From positions 5,642,001-5,706,000 of the forward strand of contig OZ287749.1 of NCBI GenBank assembly GCA_965649765.1: a stretch of 64,000 nt of DNA, written 5' to 3'. Position numbers and translations under genes: made by a program. Within the stretch, counting starts at the first letter, position 1. Every line of letters starts with the position of its first letter. This document shows positions 38,801-50,993 of the stretch, piece by piece. This DNA is from Bispira polyomma. Lineage: Eukaryota. A model generated the notes under the pieces. The model searched no databases, was not told the DNA's origin, and saw only the letters and a list, made by a program, of their open reading frames with translations.

Positions 38801-41800
38801 ATGCAGTTAATTCCTGCATTAAACTTCCATTGCTATATTATTATCCATGTACATTTTCCAATTTAGACTCAGTAACGTTTGTCTTCAGAATCAAAGTTTT
38901 CTTGACTGGACATTTAATCTAAGGCAGATGGTAGAAGTCTGTCTTTATATCAGAAACTAAAAAGTTAACCTAAGATTTTTAGATTGTAATAATTGATTTG
39001 CAGTGAAACTTTAAATGTGTATCAATCCAAAATGGAAAATATAACGAAAAATAAGAATGACTAAATATAAATAGTAAAAATTATTCTACCTAAATTTGCA
39101 CTGTAGTGTAGGACTATATTTCAATACAAAAGTGTAATTGTGGGCACTAACAGAACAGCACCTTGAATAGGTTAGGAGGCAGACTAAATATATTATACAA
39201 GAAAGATGTTGGTCAGGCTTGAATTTTCTCACCTTTTAGATAGAAATGTTTGTGCAGCTAAAGGTGTGTACTTGAAGCAACTAGTTTAGCTAGTAAAATA
39301 ACATTTATTCTTTGTATATTCATAGACAACATTGAAACTCTCTCAACGGAACCTCTATCTGCTCAATATTCAATTTTATAAACACACAAGTCCTTTTCAA
39401 CTCAAAAAGAATCGTGCAACACCAACATATTTCAATAACAAAAATGATGCAGTTAAAAGTTCTTCTTAACAGTATATTTTGAACAGTTCCCTACCTGTGT
39501 CTCAACTGCTGAAACTGATCTATTATTTGTACCTCAAACAAAATCTATTGATTTGATGTTTAATCTAGAAAATTAACAAAAATATTTGTTCACTGCACAC
39601 TTCCTGTCATTATAATAAGTAACAGTATTTTTGATTGAACGCTTTACCTCACAATATTCTACACCAATAGGGTCCACTATGTCATCCCATCTGAACCACA
39701 CTTCATCGGCTGAAGAAAGGTAATGTCCTTTGGTGTGATGAAAAGTCTCTGAATATGGAATGATGTAGATGTTTGCACTCTCATTAATAGGGGCCTCTGT
39801 AGTGTATATTAGTGGACCTATGATATTTTCAGTGTAAAGGTCTCTGAATGACTTACAAATCAGTTTGAATGAGACTTCATCTCCATTGTCAAAGTTTGAT
39901 AATGAAACTGTTTCCGTACCACTGGCATCCCAGGTAAACGTGAAAAATCCATGTGCATCGGAATCATGCCTCTCTGAAATAGTTGAGACTTTTTTATTCC
40001 AACAGTTCATACATATACAAAGTAGTTTTTACAGAAAATACAGGTAACTGCAATTATTAACCACCAAATCATTTTAAGTGAAATCAATGTTAGTGACATC
40101 CTATTATCTAGACTTAATGTACTTCAAGTAAATATCTGTAATTATTAACATTTTGTATATATTTCACATCTGACTTAGAGACTATCTAGTTTTTTGTAGT
40201 TGTAAGTAACAAATCTAATATGAAAATTAAAGAAAATTTCAAATCCCACAATTGAAGTTCCATCTCACATAACTTTTATTTCTTACAGTTTATTCCTATT
40301 TCAACAAGCGTACTTTAACCAATAAATAAAAAGAATACTTCACAGCTCTGCACACCACTTTCTGGATCGGTAGCTTCCCACTTGATGTTAAGACGTTTTG
40401 TGGAGAGAATTGGATTAGCCCCATTGACCTTTAGAAGAGAATTGGTTTTATTACTGATAAATGGACATATAAAGGATAAACAACTGCACCGTGCACCAAA
40501 TGAATCTGAAACTGATGCATTTTAAAATCTCATTTGCTAAGGTTTTTTATGCATTTATTAATCCACCTGCAACAAAAGTACTGTGGTCCACAACTATATT
40601 ATGAAAAGAGTATAAAAAGTCAAGTTACCTGTTATTAAGCCCAAAGTTAATGAATTAATAAAAACACACAATCAATTGATTTATTGATTATGATAAATTG
40701 ATACTTTTATTAATAAATTTTACTAATATAAATCATACCTCAAATCGGTTAATAAGAGGAGGAGTCAGGTCAATACTAAAAGGGTCAGCATGAACGACTT
40801 TGGAAAGCCCAGCAGCTTTAGTAACCACCACTGTCCCATGTAGTACTGTGGAGTGTTATAGCTTTAGTCCTGACATAACAGCAGTTGTGTGTCTGTCAGT
40901 GGATTTAAAATCTTGGATCTGAATCCCACCTAAAAAGTAAATTGGTTTTCTTATTTAATGTACCTCTGTTCTGCATATAGCAGGTGCCAAAAAATATTTA
41001 AAAAGACAACAACTTCCTCAATTATTAAGCTAATAACAAAAAACAGAACACAAGGATCGAGCTTTTTTACATTTATATACATATTTTAGGCAAACCTTGA
41101 ACTGTGCCAACTGCAAACATATACTCTACTAGTGGTGATTCGAGGTCTTCAAAGTCCCAGTTCAGTGCAACACTGGTTTCCATTGAGGAAGCTCTGACAT
41201 GGATGTGCACTGAACTGCTGAAATAATTGTCAGGATGAAGACCACTCTCACTTTCTCGTAATCCTTCCTTCATTGGTTCTAATCTGACATTTCCAATACA
41301 TAACACCATATCTGTCATAGTTCCGAATTCTAGTACTGAATCTATATCGTGGGCCATGACATAATACATTTTCTGGTGCAGGTTATCAGTCACATCTGCT
41401 GCTGAAACAATGTGACGGTCCTTTTGTCCAAACTGGATGTACCCAAAGGATTTAGAGTGTGATGATTCAAATCTATTCACTGCATCAAACCTTAATCTGT
41501 ACTTTTGGTTTTCCTCTGTTGGTATTAATTGTTTGATGTTGCCATTTAGAATGCATATTTTGTTGCCAGATTCATTTATATATTGAGCAAAAATGGACCA
41601 AAATGTTGTGCCAGATGAAAAATTTCCATTCAGAACTATGTCGTCCTCTAACTAAAGTAGTGTTTGACAGTTGGTGGTGATTGATCTAAGATGTATCCAT
41701 CTGACTTTATTGATGCGGATGATAAATTAGCTCCATTTACAGCATAGACTATGGATGATATCAATTCATCTGAATATAAAACCAGGTAAGTCTTGCATGA

Positions 41801-44184
41801 ACACAAAATGATAATTAAATGAAAACAAAGCTTTAGGCTTGTTAAACAGTCCTCCAACTAAACAATGGCCATTGTCTGTAAAATACATATTTTTACAATA
41901 CTTATATTATTTACAATGCTTACCATTTTTAATATCTTCTGGAAGGGCCATCTTCTGTTCTTGATGAAGACCAGCATTCATACAGCTTACATTGCTACTG
42001 CGAACACACCAAATATAGTGATCAATACCAGACTCATCATCGTAAAATCCATACCAAGAGGCATATACTTCATGACTGTCATAAGAATATTTGATGTTGT
42101 GTAAAGCTCGACCATCAAATGCGGAACCAACATGAGGTGGAGTCTTGTCATGCTATAACATGTATAGTACAAATCAAATACCTATTATTTTCTCTATGCA
42201 TAGTATTGTCACATTATTTTTATGTTATACAATTACAAAAAAGTTAAAACTAAGAAAAAAATAGCGCTATTTTAGAATATCAATAATAAGCTATTCAGTT
42301 TTAATATTGCCAGTTATTAAATTAATATTAATGTTCAAAACATTATTAAACTATACATTCAATATTTGAAAACTTTGATATAGTATGCTTTTCAGAGCTC
42401 TGGTGTAATAATGAATATACTAAATAGATCAACTTATTCTTACAATCAATCCGTCAGACATTGCCTCTGTACACAAATTCGCTTGGTTACAATGAAATGG
42501 TAATGTTCCCCATGGGTAAGGCTAAGACCAACTAATGTTAATTTATTAACATCTCCATTGACATGCCCACTTGCAATGACAGAAAGCATTCTATTTGAAT
42601 ATATCTCTATTTCAAAAGATTCTAATCCAGACTGACCATCCCTGAACACATTCTCCTATTTAACGGTTAGCTTGGTTGCTGAGGCTGTAAAGTCTACATC
42701 AGCAGCAGACGTAAAGTCTGTGACTTCTATAACAGAGTAAGAGTCTGAGAGGTCTCCTGCAGTACTGTCTACTTGTACACCGTCCGACTGGAAGATGGCA
42801 TAGTTATTGGCATCATACCAGGCCTTGATGTAAAACACATAGGTCACATGGGGACTCAGGGCATCTGGAATGGTAATTGATATCAGATCCTTAGCATTGT
42901 ACAACATTGCATGATCATTACAATATCAAATTGTTGGTTGTGTAATATATTAGACAATATCCTAAATATTTTTCACACAGACACCAACCAAATTATGTGT
43001 GTTTAAGTTGCTTTTGAAAGTATCTTATGCAATTGTTACACACGATATTTGATCAAAATGCAAAATTGTATAACAAATTTATTTTATTTCCACTACTATC
43101 ACTTACCTGTTAACTTAGAGTTAGCCATTGAGAAGACAGCCTGTGTATTACAGCCTGCTTCATACCACACCTGTTGTGCATTGATATCTAACAGTCCACT
43201 TCCTGGAGCCTCATCTATTAGTCCAACTGACCAGTCATACCACTGTGGTAGTATACCTTTATTTTCTAGATCAACAATTTGTATATTCAATCGTTAAAAT
43301 AATCTAGTCATGTTCTTTATTCATTCATAGACTTGAAAGTGTATACAAGCATGTTTAAAGAAAATACACAACTTTACCATTCTATTGTATGGATATTTTA
43401 CCAAAATGTTACATAAAATATATACAGCAAAACATCTATTACTACTTTTTTATATAGACAGGCAATTAGCAATATGGATAGTGCTTATAATTAATTTGAC
43501 AATAATTTGCAAATCATTTAAACATAGGTTAAACAGTGTTTAAAATTGTATTGGATTTTGCATTATTTATGCAAGGTTTCTTCTAAATAGCAACAACAGA
43601 ATCAGTTAACTAATAGAGAAGTACAAAGACAAAACATAGCCATGGTGAAGACAGTTATTACAAATTCTAAAGAAGCACAAAGAAAAAATTACAGCAATAG
43701 TGGTGCAATTATAAAATGTTGTTACTACCGATGATCCATTTAGCATGCATAATATGCAAAGTTGGTATATAATCAACATCAGATAGATCAGCTGATCCCA
43801 TGGTTGGAATGGTATCATATACTCTGACATCAGCATAGCTGTCATCCTCTAATGAAATGAATCAAGTACATTAAACTGTATATACTGCTAAACAGACAAA
43901 TATTAGAAAAGAACAATATTTGGACATTTTCATTTAATTTTTTTAATTATATAAATATTTATGTCTTTAAAATAATGTAAAAAGAATGATTGGCTAGTAT
44001 AGCTCATTTGGGGTATACTGCTTAGTTGTAGTATTACCTGTTCTGTCTGTACAGGTACCTCCTGTGACATCACAACCATGGAATCCATGAGGTGCACACA
44101 TGCAGTGTGCAACACAAGACAGGGCAGAACATCGGCGCTCTAGTTCAAGGATACCAGTGGCTTCACCTGAAGAGATGGCAGCAA

Positions 44185-44725
44185 ATAAACCATGGAGGAT
44201 TGTGCTTTGTAGGCCAGCCTAGGTATAAAATAGCAACATAAGTATATAACAGTTATCTGATGTTAATAATTGAGGGATGTCAGGGAATAAACCATGGATG
44301 GCTGTACTTTGTAGGCCAGCCTAGGTGTAAAATAGCAACATAAGTATATAACAGTTATCTGATGTTAATAATTGAGGGATGTCAGGGAATAAACCATGGA
44401 GGGTTGTACTTTATAGACCAGCCTAGGTGTAAAATAGCAACATAAGTATATAACAGTTATCTGATGTTAATAATTGAGGGATGTCAGGGAATAAACCATA
44501 GAGGGTTGTACTTTGTAGGCCAGCCTAGGTGTAAAATAGCAACATAAGTATATAACAGTTATCTGATGTTAATAATTAAGGGACTTCAGAGAATAAACCA
44601 TGGAGGGTTGTACTTTGTAGGCTAGCCTATGTATAAAATAGTGACATAAGTATATAGCAGTTATCTGATGTTACTAACTGAGGGATATCTTGGAATATAC
44701 CATAGAGGGTTGTATTTTATAGGCC
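44185..44725 (-). repeat. 102-bp tandem array (~5.3 copies) made of intron end + splice acceptor + first ~35 nt of exon 30
   Basis: aggccagcct-like anchor recurs at 44211, 44313, 44415, 44517, 44619 and 44721. Confidence 0.93.
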
Positions 44726-45458
44726 TATTTTGATAGAAAAATTGATAGAAAAATTCCTGTTGGCTATTATTTTGAATGTTTATGTTGCAAACAAAAACTT
44801 AGTTAATATTTATTTGTGTAAAAATTAATCCAAGTCACTGTCTTGCCAATCACTAAAATCATATAATAAACAATTACCACGTAATAATACAATAGTAAAA
44901 AATTTGCAAAAACTAAGGTATTTTACAGCTGAGTAGATAATACAAAGTTCTATTGACCCTTGGAAAATAAAATTGTAATCCACCTTACGTCATGCAATGT
45001 CTGTTTCTAATAAAACTTTATATTGCACCTTTAAAGATGTAATAAATGTAAAGCAATAATAATTGTAATGGTACACTAATAACTCACTGCATTGGTGGCA
45101 TGAACACTGATATAAACTTCTTCACGTGGGGTCAATGTCTTGGAAATAAGGAAAGTTTCTTTTACAACCAGTCCCTCATCTCTGTATGTATCATTAGAGT
45201 GGTGAAGAATTGTATGGTCCTATAAATAATTGGTATAACAAGATAGAATATTAAACAAAGTATTATTTAGGTTACATAGTTAATATATTGTATGCTATAC
45301 AATTTGAGTTCAATTTTATGTATCTTTTAATTGATTTTTAAATTTATGTAATTAAAAAAAATGTTACCTCTAGCTTTGCTTTGACTATATCACATACCCC
45401 ATCGCTGTAGTATAAAACCCTGTTCCTATCGTCACAATATACCTCAATATATCAGAGG

Positions 45459-47103
45459 TTTATTATTATTATTATTATAGATTTTTAACGCGCTTTATTG
45501 ATGCTAGGCATCTTCTAAAGCGCAACAGCAGAATCATTAGTCCAATCATTAAGTCCATGGAAATTGCAAAGTTGTAAGGAGGGAAGTTGGAGCATGCACG
45601 AGGAAAGCTAAGGTGGGTAGGCAAGATTAAAAAGATAGGTTTTAAGCTTTTTCCTAAAACTGATAAGTGTGTCAACTGATCTGAGGTCAACTGGGAGACT
45701 GTTCTACAACCGTGGAGCTGCAGTGGAGAACGCTCTGAAACATGCCTTTCTGATTGGTCTGACCGAAGTAACGGAGAGTCTGTTGCCTCTCTTGCAGTTA
45801 CTGAAGGAAAGAAGGGAGGCAAGGTAGGGTGGCTGTTGAGTGATTACAGCCTTAAAAGTGGAAACGTGAATTTTAAACAAAATTCGAGATTCAATGGGCA
45901 GCCAGTGTAATTTTTTGAGGTAAGGAGTGACGTCTGTGTGACAACCCAGGCTAAAAATGACCCTACATAGGTAGTTTTGGATGGACTGGAGCTTTTTGAT
46001 GTGTGACTTGTTTGCTCCGTACAAGAGAGAATTGCAGCAGTTGAGGCGGCTACTCACAAGGGCATTTGCCACAGTTATCGCTGTATCCATGGACAAGTGG
46101 TTTCTGATTCTTTTGATGTCGTGTATGTGGTAATAGCAGGAACTGATGTTGGCAATATGAGTATCGAACGAAAAAGCTGAATCAAAAGTGACACTTAGGT
46201 TTTTAGCATTTTCGGAAGGTAGTATGTCTTTTCCCAGCAGGGAGATGGGAAACAAAGATTTTAGGAGTTCACTGTTTTTCTTGTTACCTATGAGGATGAA
46301 TTCTGTTTTGTCAGGGTTAAGCTTTAGTTTGGAGTAGTTCATCCACGCCTGGACATCAGACAGACACTCTGCAAGTAGGTCTATGTTAGTTTTTGCATTT
46401 TGTGGATTGAGGGAGAGATAGACTTGAGTGTCGTCTGCATGCATGTGGTGTTTTATATTGTTTATTGATGACAGTGCTGAGAGGATGTGTATAAAGGGTG
46501 AAAAGTAGAGGGCCAAGGACGGATCCCTGGGGTACTCCATATGGTAGCTTTATGGAAGATGATAGGTGATCATCTAGTTTAATTCTTTGTGCCCTAAGAG
46601 TAAGGTAGGATCTTATCCATTTAAGGACACTGCCATTTATACCAAACCACTGCTTGAGAGTGTCACAGAGCAGGACATGATCAATAGTGTCGAATGCAGC
46701 TGAGAGATCCAGAAGGGTGAGGGCCACTGTGTCATTGCGGTCCAGTGCAAGATTGATATCATTGCTGATGGAAAAAAGAGCACTTTCTATGGTAAAATTT
46801 TCTATAAGCAGACTGGTGGCGATTTTCAATGTTTTGTCTATTGAGGTGGTCAGAAATTTCTTTAGCTACAGCTTTCTCGATAACTTTTGAGACAAAGCTG
46901 AGGTTCGACACCGGTCTGTAGTTTTTGAGCTGGTTTTTATCAAGCCCTTGTTTTTTAATCAAGGGAGTTACATTTGCTGTCTTGAAACCGGTGGGAAAAA
47001 CACCATCCCAAAGAGAAAAATTTAATATATTTGTTATGGGTGTGACAAGAATGTCAAGACATTGACTCAGAATAACTGCTGGGATGGGATCTAATTCACA
47101 AGA
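45459..47103 (-). mobile_element. 5'-truncated L2/CR1-like LINE (family A), RT domain with frameshifts
   Basis: KSCELDPIP..., [61 protein letters not shown]; (TAA)n tail at ~45460-45478; imperfect TSD-like taataa(t/a)cctct. Confidence 0.95.
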
Positions 47104-49195
47104 TTTAATAGTAGAGGATTATTAGTACATTGTTACCACATACACCAATGTCTGTAGTATAAAACCCGGTTCCTATCTTCACCCTATATGCTAGTACATC
47201 AGAATGGGGGTCCTGGAAGCCCACCCAGGCCAGGTTAACTACAGGTCCATCTGTGTGAGCATTGTTATAAGTCATCCAGCCTTCTCTCTGTCTGTTCAGA
47301 TCGACAGAATATTCTCTGGTCACAGCAAATGCTCCACTAGTGGGGGGACTACTGTCAACTTTTTGTCCCAAATATTTTTTGTGGTTTAGTTTATGACATT
47401 TTAAGTTTGCCAATGTGCAGTATAAACTGACATATTTAGCAAAGTTATGGTAAATTTGCAAAATATAATCTATCAAGCCCAAAAAGAAACACAAACATTT
47501 CTACAATTTTAAAAGTCGGTCTAGGTTTCAGTCAGGTGAAATTGGGTATAGGAATATTATATATTTATATAAGATATTATAAATATAGTATTTTATTGTA
47601 GACGTCATTATTGCATGTTTTCATGTCAAACAGTGAAATTAGGATAACAAAATTTCACAGGAAAAAATGTTGTAGAATCTGATTCTTCACACAGCCTTGC
47701 AGCATTGCAGATAGTAACTTTGGCAATGTAACTATCTCCATCTCGAAGGTTAAGGCCGCTGAGTACATGTGATTGTGGATTTCCCAACAACTATAAAAAT
47801 AATTTTCATTTGATACTTAAAACTGATATTTACAGTTGCATTAATATTATTAATTATTATGGCAACCAACTTCTACAGAAATAACAGTACTTCCAGAAAA
47901 CGTGTTACCCAAATCCTCAGATAGTGAGTGATATACTACAAGTTTTATCCTTAAGACAAAATTACCTTTATAGAAGGTACACGGACATGCACATCATCTT
48001 GTGGTAACAAAGTTATGTATGTAGCTGTTATAGGGAAGATATCTTCATTAGATATCCACTGTAGAGCCACAGTATTTTTGTAGATCTACAAAAAACATTG
48101 ATATTGATAAACAAGAGGAGTCAGATACAACATAATCCTTGTCCCACATGAAACATCATTCCTTTCCAAATATGGCACATCAGTTTCTTTGGATGCCATT
48201 GTCACAAATAATTGGACAATATAGCACAGGCGGCAGTGTATTGAAGACACTAATGCAAGACTTTGTTTAATTAGAAATGTCCAAAAAGATGATTTCCTAT
48301 AAAAAAGCCATAACTTTATCAACAAAAGTTGACTTTTCTTTGTTATAATGACAAATCCACAAAACCACACACATTTAACCTATTACATCATCCTTCTTCT
48401 GAATGTATGAAAAGGTTAGGATAAATTTATCAAGCTAATTTTATCAATTACATAATGGCGCTTAATCTCCATACTAGCAGACACACTAGTAATATATTTA
48501 CAAGCATCTTAAATAACTGTGGTACATCAAACTAACCTGATAGCCTTGCAATAGCATCCCAATTGTAGGAATAAGCTGAACTTCTCCAAATATTGAGGGT
48601 TTTGTGCTGTCAATGGTGAATCCATCTGATGATTTTTCTTTACACAAACCTACAAAACAAATAACTTGGTATGGTTGAGCAGTACTAAATAAATTGATGT
48701 TTTATATTTTCCAATAGTAAGGTAAATGGATTGTATTTAGTTAAAACTGAACTCCAATTTGTTTAAAGTTGTACAAAAGCTTTAAACACATAAGAAAAAA
48801 TGCATGTATACAAGTGGGGACATGCGTGAGCCCCTCAAGTCTGGAGTAGCGTTATCAACATTTTAAGGTAAGAAATTAGAGGCTAGGAATAGGTAAAAAA
48901 ATAAAGATTCAGATCAAGAACCAACTACCCATGAATATCATCCAAGGAAAAATATTTTAACCAGAAATATTGAATTTCAGAAAATTAAAATGCTGGTTTG
49001 TTTCAACAATACACACACATAACCCACCATGTACACACATAATCTACCATGGTAAATATTCAAATTATTGTCAATTGTCGCCTTTTGTTAACTCCCATGA
49101 CAGCCATATTTGATTTTCAATTCAAAATATCAGGCTTATATTGCCCCGCTATGGTTTATAGTCGAGCAGAAAAAAAAAAAAATGAATCCAACAAA

Positions 49196-49490
49196 TACAA
49201 TAATATAATAATATATCAGACTTTTTTAGCGCTTATTTTTGTTGTAACGAATTCTAAGGCGCAAAAAAACCACAGCCAGAGTTAAAAACATAGGTGATAG
49301 ACAGAAGGAAGTCGTCATCAATGCATCCACCGAGAATGGGAAAGAGACCATGGAGGGAATGCATCATTGAACAGATAGGTCTTTAAACTGCGCCGAAAGG
49401 AATACAGGGACGAAGCTGTCCTAATGTGTTGAGGCAAACTATTCCATAGGGTAGGGGCATCTTTTGCAAAACTTTTATCAAAGTGAACCT
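49196..49490 (-). mobile_element. 3' fragment of L2/CR1-like LINE (family B)
   Basis: Minus strand encodes FDKSFAKDAPTLWNSLPQHIRTASSLYSFRRSLKTYLF followed by a 3' UTR and AT tail. Confidence 0.8.
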
Positions 49491-50993
49491 TTGACCTGTG
49501 TACTTTGGACTTATATTATAAAATCCAAGATGTGCATATCCCAACATTGAAATATCTAGATCACAGTCAATTGTCGGCTCTTGTCACCTACCACGGCAGC
49601 TGTATTGGCTTTTCGCAAAAAATTCAATATGCATTTTTATTGCCTAACAATGGGTTACATTTAGGCAGAAAATTGCAAAATTATCGGGCTACCATAAAGT
49701 GTCAAACGTTAATGTGTATATAATGTTTAATTAAAAATAATGCAACTTTGGAAATCAAGCAATAACAAATACCTTAATAAAAGTAAAACATAAACAAAAT
49801 TTTGGTTAATAATTATAACAACAATGATAACAATAGCTAATAATTACATCAATAATTACACAAATGACTAAGTAAACAAACATCACAATATCATTTCATT
49901 TACTTCCACAAATGTTCTTCATCTGAAAGAGTTTTGTCAAAGAGAAAATGCTATCCCCAAAAATAAAGAAATGGACCATAGAGTTTGATACCATATTGTA
50001 TGCATGTACAGTCTTATCAAAACAAAGCGAACATAGATCATAATTGGTTTAGCTTTCAAAAGTTTACATTTTGAGCACTTATATTATAAATTATGTAATT
50101 ACACATTAACTTTACTTTGCTTGTAAGCTTTGTTTACCTGCTTTATTGCAAGCTTTCACAGTAGCATAAATGGTGGTACCATCGGGTAAAGCTTCAAGTA
50201 AAGCATGCTGTAAAACAGTGGGTGAGTGGGAATTCTGTTCTGTAAATACATCCATACCACCTGGTGTTGTGCCAGCCCACCAGGTAATGCCAGATATCCC
50301 TGACTGCATGTCATGCACATTCTCCAAGTGAACCTGTACCACGTTACTGTGTACAAAAGAGTATAAATAGTACTTAAAAACCTATAAGTATACAGTAAAC
50401 ACAGGTACATATAACTAATACCCTATATACAACTAATGCGAGTATCCCAAAAAATAAACTTTGTGTTAATTCTATCTGCATATGTCATGTATATGTAACT
50501 TTCACTACTTAACTATTTTTTCAGTCAATAAAAGTCAATAAACAATTACGCCTATATTATATTCAGATTTTAAAAACTTACTTTTAATCAGGGTTTGTTT
50601 TCTTAAAAAAAACCCGATTATTTCAGTCACTTTATCATTATAATATCAAACTCTTACTAATACAGTCTGTTTATTACAAGCCAAAGCCCATTTGGCAGCC
50701 TCAATAATGTACAGAAAATGGATTCTCCTAAACTTGTGCTATCATACCACCTCTTGACAAGAAAAGAATATTAGCTTTCGCTTTGTTATGAAAGTTAAAA
50801 CATTAAAGACATTTAACTGTTTCTGTATTATATCTCAAGGTTTCAGGTTCACGTCATACAGATATTTTGTTAAAGACTCTTCATGAGAACCATCATGGTT
50901 TGACTTTTGCTCTTTGGAAGTTAGTCTATTAAATACTTAACCCGTGGCTATAACATTTGGACATCTCTGATGCTATGTTTTTGTTAATTGCAG

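Larger units (their letters stand above)
37142..50346 (-). pseudogene. Inverted, 5'-truncated pseudogene paralog of gene A (exons 24-41)
   Basis: Exon-by-exon homology to gene A. Lesions: exon 27 donor replaced (~47660); exon 28 acceptor AG>AA (~47360); TGG>TAG at 42656-42658; 10-bp deletion at ~42490; 1-bp deletion at ~41650; exon 37 donor deleted (~40335); exon 40 donor GT>AT (37793). L2 insertion in intron 28. Confidence 0.92.

Noticed and set aside
37142-50346. Functional second gene, or an uncollapsed allelic haplotype
   Set aside because: Nonsense, frameshift and splice lesions plus the missing 5' half argue against function. Extensive intron divergence with private TE insertions argues against a simple allele, although reads are needed to exclude it fully.
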